NCBI GenBank assembly: GCA_963656825.1
Contig: CAVKJG010000003.1
Span: 2,243 to 66,242 of the forward strand
From: Sphaerochaetaceae bacterium
GTDB taxonomy: Bacteria; Bacillota; Clostridia; Oscillospirales; CAG-272
Reading direction: 5' to 3'
DNA: 64,000 nt
The notes below the pieces were generated by a model that was not told where the DNA came from, ran no database searches, and saw only the letters and a list, made by a program, of their open reading frames with translations. Below, piece by piece: positions 1 to 9,658 of the stretch. The position numbers and the translations under genes were made by a program. Position 1 is the first letter of the stretch; each line of letters starts with the position of its first letter.

Positions 1-199
1 CTCCCGTGACTTCAAACCCCTTTTCGGCAAGAAGCACCGAAACGCTTCCCGTGCCGCAGCCGAGATCGATAAGTCTCTTGGGCTGAGACGGTGCATATTT
101 TTCAATTATTTTTTCATAAAAGTCCGCATATCCGGCATAATCGGTATCAGCCATAAGGCTGTCATAATGCCGCGCAAGAACGGAATAGCTGTCCTCCAT
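1..199 (-). CDS. class I SAM-dependent methyltransferase, N-terminal part (3' end lies outside the window)
   Basis: Truncated, so absent from the ORF track. Minus-strand translation from ATG 199-197 reads MEDSYSVLARHYDSLMADTDYAGYADFYEKIIEKYAPSQPKRLIDLGCGTGSVSVLLAEKGFEVTG and contains the DLGCGTG SAM-binding motif I. AAGGAG RBS at 205-210. Confidence 0.6.
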   Translation of the reverse strand, partial: MEDSYSVLARHYDSLMADTDYAGYADFYEKIIEKYAPSQPKRLIDLGCGTGSVSVLLAEKGFEVTG

Positions 200-210
200 T
201 TTATCTCCTT

Positions 211-879
211 TTATCTGAAAAGTGTTTTTCCGTCGTCAAAATATACCGCCTTGCGGCAGATAAAAACTTCGCTTTCGGCAAGAGCGGGAATTTTATCGGC
301 AATGTATTTTACCGGAAGATTGGGTCCGACAAAGGTAAGCTCCTTGCACGAAAGCATTACCCGAAGCGTCAGCATACCGCCATCTGCCGTGCAGGAGACA
401 AGACGCATATCCGGCGCTATATCGACTGTGCGCGTTCCCGCCTTGCCCGTTTTTTCCACGTTTATTTCGCCCGAAAAAAGAGCGGCTACGTCGTTTTTTA
501 TCGCCTCCGCATGCGGAGTTTCAAATGCTATTTCGTAATCCGCCCAGCCGATATCGGAAAACTTCGTTTCCGGCTCGTATGCCGAAAGAATTCTTATTCC
601 GTCGGGGAAAGACTCATTGAGCCTTCTGCATATTTCGTCATACGGAACGTCCTGCGTCATTTTGAAATCCATAAATTCGCATTCGCTTGAAACGCCGACT
701 GAAAGCGGCGGAGAAAACACGGCTTTCGGATGAGGATTAAAGCCCTGAGTATACCATATCGGCAGCTTTGAACGCAAAAACGATGTCTGCACCGTGCGGT
801 TCAGATCCAGGTGCGATATATATTTAAGCGCACCTGTTTTTGAAAATTCAACTCTTATTTTTTTAAGTTCGGGCACCAT
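211..879 (-). CDS. DUF2344/TIGR03936-type radical-SAM-associated protein
   Basis: 222-aa ORF (MVPELKKIRVEFSKTGALKYISHLDLNRT...). Its start overlaps the stop of the upstream radical SAM gene (855-879), the usual pairing for this family. GGAGGTGA RBS. Confidence 0.65.
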   Translation of the reverse strand: MVPELKKIRVEFSKTGALKYISHLDLNRTVQTSFLRSKLPIWYTQGFNPHPKAVFSPPLSVGVSSECEFMDFKMTQDVPYDEICRRLNESFPDGIRILSAYEPETKFSDIGWADYEIAFETPHAEAIKNDVAALFSGEINVEKTGKAGTRTVDIAPDMRLVSCTADGGMLTLRVMLSCKELTFVGPNLPVKYIADKIPALAESEVFICRKAVYFDDGKTLFR

Positions 880-2711
880 GATCTCTCACCTCCAAGTTTA
901 TTCGCTCCGCATCCTGAACAGCTCTGTTTGCAGTTGGGCGTTGTTTTTCCTTCAAACGCTTTGTGTCTTTCGCGCAGGAAGAATTCCTTTGTCATTCCTA
1001 TGTCTATAACATCCCACGGAAGAATTTCGTCTTCTCCGCGCTCTCTGTTCGCATAAAAATCGGGATCTATGCCCGTATCCGCAAAGACGGAAAGCCATTT
1101 TTCATAGCTGAAATATTCTTCCCAGCTGTCAAAGCTCATGCCGCGTCTGTGCGCCTCCATAATCGCCTTCCCAAGCCGCCTGTCGCCCCGTGCGAAAACG
1201 GCTTCTATGCGGCTGACGGCGGCGTCGTGATAGTTGTATTTTATTTTTCTGTCGGTTATCTGCTCTTTGAGATACTGCTGCCTGCGCAAAAGCTCCTCAT
1301 ACGCGCACTGCGGCTCCCACTGGAACGCCGTAAAGGGCTTCGGAATAAAGCACGCCGCCGATATCGTCACCTGCGGAGCCTTGCGCGGTCTTGACGGCGT
1401 TGAATAATATTCTTCTATAACGTCTCTTGCAAGCTTTGCTATGCCGCAAAGATCCTCGTCCGTTTCGGTGGGAAGTCCCTGCATAAAATAAAGCTTTACC
1501 TGCGATTTTCCGCCCTCAAACGCCACCCTGCACGCGCGGAAAAGGTCTGATTCCACCACGTTTTTGTTTATAACGTCGCGCAGGCGCTGTGTTCCCGCCT
1601 CGGGCGCAAAGGTAAGCGTTCCCGTGCGGACGGTCGATATTTTATCCATAAGCTCCTTTGTGAAGCTGTCCACGCGGAGCGACGGAAGCGAAAGCGAAAT
1701 TTTTCTGTCATTTGTCCATTCAAGAAGCATATCCGTAAGCTGAGAAATACACGAATAGTCGCTTATCGAAAGCGAGGACAGGGTCATTTCGCTGTAGCCG
1801 GTACTGTCGGCAAGCTTTTTTGCCTGCTCGCAGAGCACCTCGGGCGATTTTTCCCTTACAGGACGGAACACCGCTCCCGCCTGACAGAAGCGACAGCCTC
1901 TTATACAGCCCCTGTAAACCTCAAGGGTTATTCTGTCCTGAACGGTCTGAATAAACGGCACTATGAATTTTTCGGGGTACGGAGCCTTGTCCATATCTTC
2001 AACAATTCGTTTCTGCACCTTTTCCGGCACGTCCGGATATTTCGGCGCGAAAAGCTTTATCGTGCCGTCGTCGTTATATTCGACGTCATAAAGCGACGGA
2101 ACGTAAATTCCCTTTATGTGCGAGGCTTCTCTCAGAAACTTCTCCTTTGAATAGCCTGCTTTTTTATGTTCTATATAAAGCTCGGTAAGCTCGATATTTA
2201 CTTCTTCTCCCTCGCCGATGATAAAAAGATCGACAAAGTCGGCAAGCGGCTCGCCGTTGTACGCGCACGGTCCTCCGCATATCACAAGCGGATCGCCGTC
2301 TCCTCTTTCGCTTGCAAGAAGCTTCACCTTGCCGAGCTCAAGCATATTCACAAGCGTCGTATAGCAAAGCTCGTACTGAATGGAGAACGCAACCATATCG
2401 AATTCATAAAGCGGATCTGACGATTCAAGCGAGCAGAGCGGAATATCGTGCTCGCGCAGCTGCTGCTCCATATCCGTCCACGGAGCAAAGCATCTTTCGC
2501 AGGCGATATTTTCGTGCCTGTTGTAAATATCGTAAAGTATTCTCATTCCCAGATTGGACATTCCTATTTCGTATATATCCGGAAAGCAGAAAACTATCCT
2601 TGCGTCAAGTCCTTCCTTGTTCTTTACTATCTGTCCCCATTCGCCGCCCGTGTATCTGGCAGGCTTTTGCACCTTTTTAAGTATACTCTCGGGAATTTTC
2701 ATCTTCTTCAC
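855..2711 (-). CDS. B12-binding-domain radical SAM protein (TIGR03960-like)
   Basis: 618-aa ORF with the radical SAM CxxxCxxC motif (YRGCIRGCRFCQAG). The N-terminal region is typical of B12-binding-domain radical SAM proteins. The GTG start at 2711 could instead be ATG at 2702. Overlaps the 3' end of addB. Confidence 0.7.
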   Translation of the reverse strand: MKKMKIPESILKKVQKPARYTGGEWGQIVKNKEGLDARIVFCFPDIYEIGMSNLGMRILYDIYNRHENIACERCFAPWTDMEQQLREHDIPLCSLESSDPLYEFDMVAFSIQYELCYTTLVNMLELGKVKLLASERGDGDPLVICGGPCAYNGEPLADFVDLFIIGEGEEVNIELTELYIEHKKAGYSKEKFLREASHIKGIYVPSLYDVEYNDDGTIKLFAPKYPDVPEKVQKRIVEDMDKAPYPEKFIVPFIQTVQDRITLEVYRGCIRGCRFCQAGAVFRPVREKSPEVLCEQAKKLADSTGYSEMTLSSLSISDYSCISQLTDMLLEWTNDRKISLSLPSLRVDSFTKELMDKISTVRTGTLTFAPEAGTQRLRDVINKNVVESDLFRACRVAFEGGKSQVKLYFMQGLPTETDEDLCGIAKLARDVIEEYYSTPSRPRKAPQVTISAACFIPKPFTAFQWEPQCAYEELLRRQQYLKEQITDRKIKYNYHDAAVSRIEAVFARGDRRLGKAIMEAHRRGMSFDSWEEYFSYEKWLSVFADTGIDPDFYANRERGEDEILPWDVIDIGMTKEFFLRERHKAFEGKTTPNCKQSCSGCGANKLGGERSWCPNLKK

Positions 2712-5700
2712 TGCCTTTCTTGTTTGTTATTCTGCAGATCGCCTTCATCCGGCAATATTTGCAGGGATCCGTTCCGTCCGCGTCCGTCGGGACGGCATAC
2801 GCAAGCCCTTCCTTAAGCTCCGCCGCACAGCAGAGCACAGTATCGACAATGCTTTGCCTGAGCCTGAAAAGCTCGTCAAGCGCAATAGTGTTTTTCGTCT
2901 TTCCGTCGGACGACACCTTTACCGGCGAATAAACTCCTTTAAGCTCCGGCTCCATCGCGCGCGCAAGATCGAGTCCGTCCTCGCCGGCTTCGGTAACAAC
3001 GCCCGACACGGCGAATTTGTCGTCGCCCTCGCCGCCGGAGGAAACCGTCTCCGCCTTCGGATTTGTTTCAACGTAAATAACTCCTGCCGGAACTATTTCT
3101 TTTCCGAAATATTTTTCTCCACTTTCCCAGAGCGAAAACAGATACAAAAGCATCTGCATATCAAGTCCTGCCGATATCTTTTCAAGGTCGAATTTCTTTG
3201 CGTTCTTTTTGTAATCCACAACGCGCAGGTACAGCTTTCCGTCGCCGCAGTCGTATGCGTCAACGCGGTCTATCCTGCCGAAAAGCTTTACGGTGCTTTG
3301 CCCGTTTTCTATCTTTATCGCTTCAACGCCGTCCGCACTTCCCACAGGAAGCTCAAAGCTGACGGGGCGGAATTTGCTTACGGAAAATTCGTCTCTTATT
3401 CTTTTTGCAAACACCATCGCCCTGTCGCAAAGATAATCTGTCATATGGCAAAGCCTTCCCGAAAGCTCCGCCATTGCTCTGCCCGTTATTTTGCGTATAT
3501 ATTTTTCAGCCGCACGGCGTATTGCGCGCTTTGTTTCTTCTTCGGAAAAATCGTCCTTTGTCGCAAGCTTTGCCGCGGCTTCGAGCGTCGCGTGCAGAAA
3601 GCTACCCGTGTTCATATCGGAAAAGCCTGCCGTTCCGTCGTCGGAAAGGTCAAGCTCATAGCGACAGAAATACTGAAATCTGCACTTTATGTAATTTTCA
3701 AGGCGCGAATAGCTTGTGTTTATGTTTCCCGAAAAAAGCTCGTTTGCGTTTTCGCGGTCAAGTCTGCATTTTTCCGCCGACATAGGCTCTTTTGCGCAGG
3801 AAAGCCTTTCGGCGTAATCGGGCTTTGTCGAAAGATAATCGCGCAGAGCCTGTGAAAGCTCGCCTTTTTCCGAAAGCGCGTATTCGAGCGCCGCCTCGCA
3901 GCAGTATATCCTGTCCTTTTCGGGAATATCGTCAAATCTTGTTTCTTTGAGCAGCGGAAACAGCTTTTCGATTCTGCCGAGCGCAGAGCAGCGTCCCGCG
4001 CTGCCGTCGGAGGTATACGTTATGAAAAGCTCCTCTTTGGGCGCGCACACGGAGCTGTAAAAGTAATAGTATTCGTCCGAAACGCTTTTTTCAAGCCTTG
4101 ACGAAAAATCAACGCCCTTTTCGCGCAAAAGATTTTTTTCGTATTCGGAAAAAATTCCGTCGTCGGTAATCCTTTTGGGAAAAACTCCGTCCGTCGCGCC
4201 GACGACGTAAACCGTTTTCGCTTCGGGGTGAGTCATTGCCGCGCCGCCTATAAGCACCTCATCGACGGAGGTCGGGATCGAGCCTATGTCCGTTTCCGAA
4301 AAAGCAAGCTTAAGAAGCTGTAAAAAGCCGTCGGCGTCGGTTTCTTCGTCGCCTGCGCTGAGCGCCGTCTGATCGAGCGCGTCACAAAGCACCTGCCACA
4401 GCTGAGAAAACTCCTCCGCCCCCGAAGCGTCGCCCGATTTCAGCGAAAGCTCCGCGTCCTCGCCGAGCTTTTCGGGAATTTTCATCATTACGAGAAAATC
4501 GTAAAGCAGTGCAGCATGATCGCGCACGGTTCTGCAATCCTTAAGCGCTCCGGCAAACCGCATAAGCGGAGCTTTTACCCTTTCGCGAAGAACGCCGAGC
4601 CTTTCCAGAATTTCTTCGTCGCCCTCGCGCGCTCTGTCGTCATAGCCGCGAAAGGGAAATATCCACGCCTCGTCCGACGAAAACCTTTTGCCCTGTATTT
4701 TCCACTTTATGATATAGTTTTCGAGCAGATCGCAGTCGTCGCCCGAAATACCGCTGTAATCGGTTTTTATGTACTCTATTATGTCGCGGCGCAGAAAGCC
4801 TCTTCTTACGCACGCATAAGCCGAATAAATGAACTTTACTATTCCGCGTTCGTCTATATCCGCGCGGCGCGAAACATAGTAAGGAATTCCGGCTTTTTCA
4901 AGCGCCGCATCGAGAATTCCGTCATAGTCCGCCGTGTCGCGCACGATAACAGCCATATCGCGATAGCGGACTCCCGCTCTCACGCGCTTCGATATGTCGA
5001 TTGCGACGGCTTCGGCTTCCTCGTACTTGTTTTTGCACTCGGTAACCGAAATATGCCCGGGAGCTTCCCTGTATTCCGCGTCCGGATTTTTTATCGAAAA
5101 CAGATTTTCCGCAAGAAATGCAAGCTCGCCGTTTTTATATCCGGCGCTGTATCTGAATATAACGGGCTCGGCAATATCGACTCCTGCCTTTTCAGCCGTG
5201 CGGTGAAGCCTTTCGTCCGTTTCCGAAAGCGAAACGAAAGCCGCTCCGTCGCCGTCCTCGTCAGGAACATAGGAAAGCGAAACATACGTTTCGCTCGCTC
5301 CCGAAAAAACAGCCGAAAGCATTTTGTACTGCTCCTTTGTAAAGCTGAGAAAAGAGTCTATATAAACGTCGGTATCGTCAAAAAAGTCGCCGCAGACCTC
5401 GCACGCCCTTGCAAGCGAACCGTCCGGCTCGCTCCATTTTTGGGCTACCTCGCTGTCAAAAGCGGAAAATATCGTCGCAAGATCGGAAAGCTTTCCCGCA
5501 ACTCTCGGATTTTCGGAAAGCTTCTCCGCCGCAGACAAAAGCTCCTGCGGCGCTATAAGATTTTTGAAAAGCTCCGTGCGCTCGGAGGTCAGCTTTTCAA
5601 CCGTCGAAAGATCCAACGCGGATATCCTGCCGTAGCAGGAAAGCGAGGGCGCTGCCCGCCGCAGAACATTATACATAATTATTTTCTTTGCGCCCGCGCC

Positions 5701-5937
5701 TATATAGCTTTCGCATATTCCGCCGCGACGACGGAATATATAGTTTGTAAGTCTGGAAAAGGTCAGAACGTCAATACCTGCCGCACCTTCGAGAGAAGCG
5801 CATCTCCGCTCGGCAGAAACGGCTTCCCTGTCGGGAACTATTATAAGCACGCGTCTTTTGCGTGCCGATTCGCTCGCCTTGGCATAAAGCCACGCGCTCT
5901 TGCCCGAAGCCGCTCTTCCGTAAACGAAATGAAGCAC
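2677..5937 (-). CDS. addB: helicase-exonuclease AddAB, subunit B (PD-(D/E)XK nuclease with Fe-S staple)
   Basis: 1086 aa. N-terminal Walker A (GRAASGKS). C-terminal nuclease motif (RIDRVDAY...VVDYKK). Cys ligands (CRFQYFC ... CKYCRMKAIC) typical of the AddB Fe-S cluster. Confidence 0.8.
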   Translation of the reverse strand: MLHFVYGRAASGKSAWLYAKASESARKRRVLIIVPDREAVSAERRCASLEGAAGIDVLTFSRLTNYIFRRRGGICESYIGAGAKKIIMYNVLRRAAPSLSCYGRISALDLSTVEKLTSERTELFKNLIAPQELLSAAEKLSENPRVAGKLSDLATIFSAFDSEVAQKWSEPDGSLARACEVCGDFFDDTDVYIDSFLSFTKEQYKMLSAVFSGASETYVSLSYVPDEDGDGAAFVSLSETDERLHRTAEKAGVDIAEPVIFRYSAGYKNGELAFLAENLFSIKNPDAEYREAPGHISVTECKNKYEEAEAVAIDISKRVRAGVRYRDMAVIVRDTADYDGILDAALEKAGIPYYVSRRADIDERGIVKFIYSAYACVRRGFLRRDIIEYIKTDYSGISGDDCDLLENYIIKWKIQGKRFSSDEAWIFPFRGYDDRAREGDEEILERLGVLRERVKAPLMRFAGALKDCRTVRDHAALLYDFLVMMKIPEKLGEDAELSLKSGDASGAEEFSQLWQVLCDALDQTALSAGDEETDADGFLQLLKLAFSETDIGSIPTSVDEVLIGGAAMTHPEAKTVYVVGATDGVFPKRITDDGIFSEYEKNLLREKGVDFSSRLEKSVSDEYYYFYSSVCAPKEELFITYTSDGSAGRCSALGRIEKLFPLLKETRFDDIPEKDRIYCCEAALEYALSEKGELSQALRDYLSTKPDYAERLSCAKEPMSAEKCRLDRENANELFSGNINTSYSRLENYIKCRFQYFCRYELDLSDDGTAGFSDMNTGSFLHATLEAAAKLATKDDFSEEETKRAIRRAAEKYIRKITGRAMAELSGRLCHMTDYLCDRAMVFAKRIRDEFSVSKFRPVSFELPVGSADGVEAIKIENGQSTVKLFGRIDRVDAYDCGDGKLYLRVVDYKKNAKKFDLEKISAGLDMQMLLYLFSLWESGEKYFGKEIVPAGVIYVETNPKAETVSSGGEGDDKFAVSGVVTEAGEDGLDLARAMEPELKGVYSPVKVSSDGKTKNTIALDELFRLRQSIVDTVLCCAAELKEGLAYAVPTDADGTDPCKYCRMKAICRITNKKGSEEDENSREYT

Positions 5938-5952
5938 CCTTCTCCTCTCCTC

Positions 5953-6594
5953 TCAGAAAATTTCAATAATTCTTACGTTTTTATTGTTTTTAAGCGATTT
6001 CACAAGCGAAAACGCAAAGCTTATGTGCAGATAGCATTTGCCTTCCTTCGGCTTTGAAGCGCTGAGAAATCCGCACTTGAATATCGAGCCGGTAACGCAC
6101 ATAAGCGTTCCGTTTTGTTTGAGCTCCTCGGCATATCCGCCCTTTACGTCGTCAAAAACTATATACACCGTTCCGGTAAGCGATTCAAACCTTTTCCGGC
6201 AGTGCCTGCGCGAAAAGCTTGCGATGATCGCTCCCAGAAGCGAAAGCACGAACGCCGTGGGAAGAATAAGCAGCGCCGCTATCACGGCTACAGCTACCGT
6301 CGCGCCGCCCTGAATGAGCAGAATAACAAGGTACGCTATCCTTACCACAGAGGAAGCGAGAAGAAAACGCTTCAGCGCAAAGAATATCTTTGAGCATATG
6401 TCCGCCGCAGCCGACATATTTATCGCGCTTTTGAGATATCCCGCATAGCCGGAATTTCTCTCTGCATTTGTCCGCTTCAGAAATTCTTTTCCCGGCTCGC
6501 TTTTTCCGCCCGTAAAGCTTGCCAGCCGCCGCTTGTAGTATGCGTTCTCCATTTTCAGAATACTGTTTTCGAGTTTCAGTTTTTCAATACTCAT
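5953..6594 (-). CDS. hypothetical membrane protein with N-terminal coiled-coil segment
   Basis: 213-aa ORF with a heptad-like N-terminus (MSIEKLKLENSILKMENAYYKRRL) and two or three hydrophobic helices (VVRIAYLVILLIQGGATVAVAVIAALLILPTAFVLSLLGAIIA). No family recognised. Confidence 0.45.
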   Translation of the reverse strand: MSIEKLKLENSILKMENAYYKRRLASFTGGKSEPGKEFLKRTNAERNSGYAGYLKSAINMSAAADICSKIFFALKRFLLASSVVRIAYLVILLIQGGATVAVAVIAALLILPTAFVLSLLGAIIASFSRRHCRKRFESLTGTVYIVFDDVKGGYAEELKQNGTLMCVTGSIFKCGFLSASKPKEGKCYLHISFAFSLVKSLKNNKNVRIIEIF

Positions 6595-6636
6595 ATAAAA
6601 TCCCCTCGGAAATATTTTTACCGCTGCCGCGCTTTT

Positions 6637-7479
6637 TTATTTCTGCGCGTCGCCCTCGCCGCAAAGAAGCTCCAGATTTCTTTTTATCGTAGCCTTGCCC
6701 CGCCACGAAAAAGCTCTTTTTCCGAATTCCTCGTCGCTCATCGCGCAAAGCCCGTCCGCCGTCAGATTTTTTATTCTGTTCTCTCTGAAAAAGCTTATGG
6801 GTGTCCTCGCGCCGTTTTTTATCGCCTTCTGCACCAATGGGCAGACAAGCTGACAGATATCGCACCCCCATGCGCTTTTGTATTTTATTATATATTCTTT
6901 TTCTTTTTCCGAAAGCTCTCCCTTTTTCTGAGTCACGGCGGAAAGACAATCCGTTCCCTCCGATATCATCGGGCAGGCTCTTTTGCATGCTCCGCAATGA
7001 ACGCAATATGAAAGCGGATATTCGCCGTTTTTATCACAGCCGAAGACTTCGGGTTCAATATCAGTAAATACTTCGGCAAGAAAAACGAACGAACCGTATT
7101 TTTCGTTTATGATAACGTAGCTGTCGCCCATCACGCCGAGTCCGGCGCGGCAGGCGGCGTCAGCCTCCTCTATCGGAGACTTGTCCGCAAAGCCGACAAA
7201 TTTCCCGCTGAATTTTTCGGAAAGCCTTCCGCAAAGGCGCGGAAAAAGCGCTTCGCAGTAAAGATGATAATCCCTCGGGCGCGCATAAAGCGATATGTTT
7301 CCCTCGCCGTCATCGTCGTAATACGGAATAAGAAACATTATAACCGTTTTTGCCTCCTCCGCAGGAAGTCCCGCCCGAACGAGCAGATCGGGACGTCTTA
7401 CATTGCATTTTTCAATCGGAACGGGAGCAAAGCATTCTATATTTTCCGCGGAAAATATCCCGTAAAGCGCTGAATTCAT
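6637..7479 (-). CDS. queG: epoxyqueuosine reductase QueG-like Fe-S protein (short form)
   Basis: 280 aa. Contains the YARPRDYH motif and two 4Fe-4S ferredoxin motifs (CVHCGACKRACP; CDICQLVCP). Confidence 0.6.
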   Translation of the reverse strand: MNSALYGIFSAENIECFAPVPIEKCNVRRPDLLVRAGLPAEEAKTVIMFLIPYYDDDGEGNISLYARPRDYHLYCEALFPRLCGRLSEKFSGKFVGFADKSPIEEADAACRAGLGVMGDSYVIINEKYGSFVFLAEVFTDIEPEVFGCDKNGEYPLSYCVHCGACKRACPMISEGTDCLSAVTQKKGELSEKEKEYIIKYKSAWGCDICQLVCPLVQKAIKNGARTPISFFRENRIKNLTADGLCAMSDEEFGKRAFSWRGKATIKRNLELLCGEGDAQK

Positions 7480-7518
7480 AAACGTTTATCCTCATAATTG
7501 TGTTTTTGCAAATTTTTC

Positions 7519-7547
7519 TTGATTAAAACCTCAACATATGGTATAAT
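7519..7547 (+). promoter_or_regulatory. sigma-A-type promoter for the topoisomerase operon
   Basis: TTGATT (7519-7524), 17-nt spacer, TATAAT (7542-7547) with a TG at the extended -10 position. About 110 nt upstream of the ATG at 7656. Confidence 0.5.
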
Positions 7548-7655
7548 ATATTGAATTAAAATAACCGTGTACATTACACCTATGATAAATATTATAACAA
7601 ATTTTCGGAATAAATCAACACAAAATAAAGCAAAACATTGAGCGGAGTGAAAAAA

Positions 7656-9638
7656 ATGACGAACCGTATCCACAATTATGACGACAACAGTATAACGATG
7701 CTGAAAGGAGCGGAGCGCGTAAGAGCGCGTCCTGCCGTTATTTTCGGCTCGGACAGCATCGAAGGCTGCGAGCATTCCGTTTTTGAAATACTTTCAAACT
7801 CCGTGGACGAGGCAAGAGAAGGCTACGGAAACAGAATAAACATAACCGTTTACAACGACCGCACCATCTGCATCGAGGATTTCGGGCGCGGCGTTCCGCT
7901 CGACTACAACGAAAAGGAGCAAGCCTACAACTGGGAGCTTGTCTACTGCGAGCTTTATGCCGGCGGCAAATACAACAACAACGCAAGCGGCGCAAACTAC
8001 AAATATTCGCTCGGACTCAACGGTCTCGGCGCGGCGGCGACGCAATGCTCGTCGGAATTTATGAAGGTTCAGTCGTATCACACGACCGAAATGCTTGAAA
8101 TGAATTTCAAAAAAGGCGAGCCCGACGGCGAGCTTATCCGCCGTCCGCTTTCAAAAAAGGAACAGCGCACGGGCACCGTTGTGACGTGGCGTCCCGACCT
8201 TGAAGTGTTCACGGACACAAATATCCCGAAAATTTATTTTGAAACCATGCTCGAACGTCAGGCTGTCGTAAACGCGGGACTGCGATTTGTTTTCCGCTGG
8301 CAGACAATGGAGGGCGATTTTGAAGAGAAGGAATATTACTACGAATCCGGCATAAAGGATTATATCGCAAGAATGGCGGGAGCGGAGGCTATAACTCCTC
8401 CGCAGTATTTTCAGATGGAAACAAAGGGTCGCGACCGCGCCGATAAGGACGATTACAGCCTGAAAGCCGAATTTGCGTTCTGCTTTTCGAATTCGTTTCA
8501 GCTTATTGAGTATTATCACAACTCAAGCTTTCTCGAACACGGCGGCTCGCCCGACAAGGCGGCAAGAGCGGCGTTCGTGTACGCTATCGACAAATATATA
8601 AAGCAGACGGGAAAATACAACAAGACCGATTCGAAGATAACCTTTGCCGATATCGAAGACTGTCTTGTTCTCGTGATAAACAGCTTTTCGACCGAAACCT
8701 CGTATGCAAACCAGACAAAAAAGGCTATAACAAACGAATTCATAGCCGAAGCCATGACCGATTATCTCAAGCGCACGCTTGAAGTTTATTTTGCGGAAAA
8801 TCCGCTCGACGCCGACAAGATAGCATCGCAGGTGCTTGTAAACAAGCGCAGTCGTGAAACGGCGGAAAGCACCCGTCTTAATCTGAAAAAGAAGCTCAGC
8901 ACGTCAAACGACATAACCTCAAGAGTGGAAAAATTCGTTTCGTGCCGTTCCAAAGATCCCGAAAGGCGCGAGCTTTATATAGTGGAGGGCGACTCGGCTC
9001 TCACCTCCTGCAAGCTCGGCAGGGACGCCGAATTTCAGGCGATAATTCCCGTGCGCGGAAAAACGCTCAACTGCCTTAAAGCCGGCTACGACAGAATTTT
9101 CAAAAGCGAAATCATAACCGATCTTCTCAAGGTCATCGGCTGCGGAGTCGAAGTAAAGCAAAAGGGCGAGGCGACCTTTGACCTCGATTCGCTGAAATGG
9201 AGCAAGATCATAATCTGCACCGATGCCGACGAGGACGGCTTCCAGATAAGAACGCTTATACTTACAATGTTTTACCGTCTTCTGCCCACGCTCATAAAGG
9301 AAGGAAAAGTCTACATTGCGGAATCGCCGCTTTTTGAGATAGCGTCGAAGGACAAAATATATTTTGCCTACAACGAAAAGGAAAAGCTTGACATATTGAA
9401 GCAGATAGGCAATGCAAAATATACGCTTCAGCGCTCGAAGGGTCTCGGCGAAAACGAGCCGGAAATGATGTGGCAGACAACAATGAATCCCGCCTCGCGC
9501 CGTCTGATAAAAATATGCGAAGCCGACAGAGCGCAGACGGAATATATTTTTGAAACGCTGCTCGGCGACGACATAACCGAAAGAAAAGATTTTATAGCGC
9601 ACAACGGCAGGCTTTATCTTGCCGATGCGGATATCTGA
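7656..9638 (+). CDS. parE: type IIA DNA topoisomerase subunit B (topoisomerase IV ParE-like / GyrB paralog)
   Basis: GHKL ATPase and TOPRIM motifs (LSNSVDEA, YIVEGDSA, PVRGKTLN, ICTDADEDGFQI). The ORF track starts at TTG 7638, but ATG 7656 has a GGAG RBS. Not in a dnaA-gyrB context, so topo IV-like is favoured. Confidence 0.75.
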   Translation: MTNRIHNYDDNSITMLKGAERVRARPAVIFGSDSIEGCEHSVFEILSNSVDEAREGYGNRINITVYNDRTICIEDFGRGVPLDYNEKEQAYNWELVYCELYAGGKYNNNASGANYKYSLGLNGLGAAATQCSSEFMKVQSYHTTEMLEMNFKKGEPDGELIRRPLSKKEQRTGTVVTWRPDLEVFTDTNIPKIYFETMLERQAVVNAGLRFVFRWQTMEGDFEEKEYYYESGIKDYIARMAGAEAITPPQYFQMETKGRDRADKDDYSLKAEFAFCFSNSFQLIEYYHNSSFLEHGGSPDKAARAAFVYAIDKYIKQTGKYNKTDSKITFADIEDCLVLVINSFSTETSYANQTKKAITNEFIAEAMTDYLKRTLEVYFAENPLDADKIASQVLVNKRSRETAESTRLNLKKKLSTSNDITSRVEKFVSCRSKDPERRELYIVEGDSALTSCKLGRDAEFQAIIPVRGKTLNCLKAGYDRIFKSEIITDLLKVIGCGVEVKQKGEATFDLDSLKWSKIIICTDADEDGFQIRTLILTMFYRLLPTLIKEGKVYIAESPLFEIASKDKIYFAYNEKEKLDILKQIGNAKYTLQRSKGLGENEPEMMWQTTMNPASRRLIKICEADRAQTEYIFETLLGDDITERKDFIAHNGRLYLADADI

Positions 9639-9658
9639 GTTAAGGGAGGATACGAAAA

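Noticed and set aside
2554-6057. Long + strand ORFs (2554-3855, 433 aa; 4516-6057, 513 aa) opposite addB
   Set aside because: They are fully nested antisense to a well-supported 1086-aa gene. They are Arg/Lys/Phe-rich low-complexity translations with no RBS or recognisable domain. These are shadow ORFs typical of mid/high-GC coding DNA.
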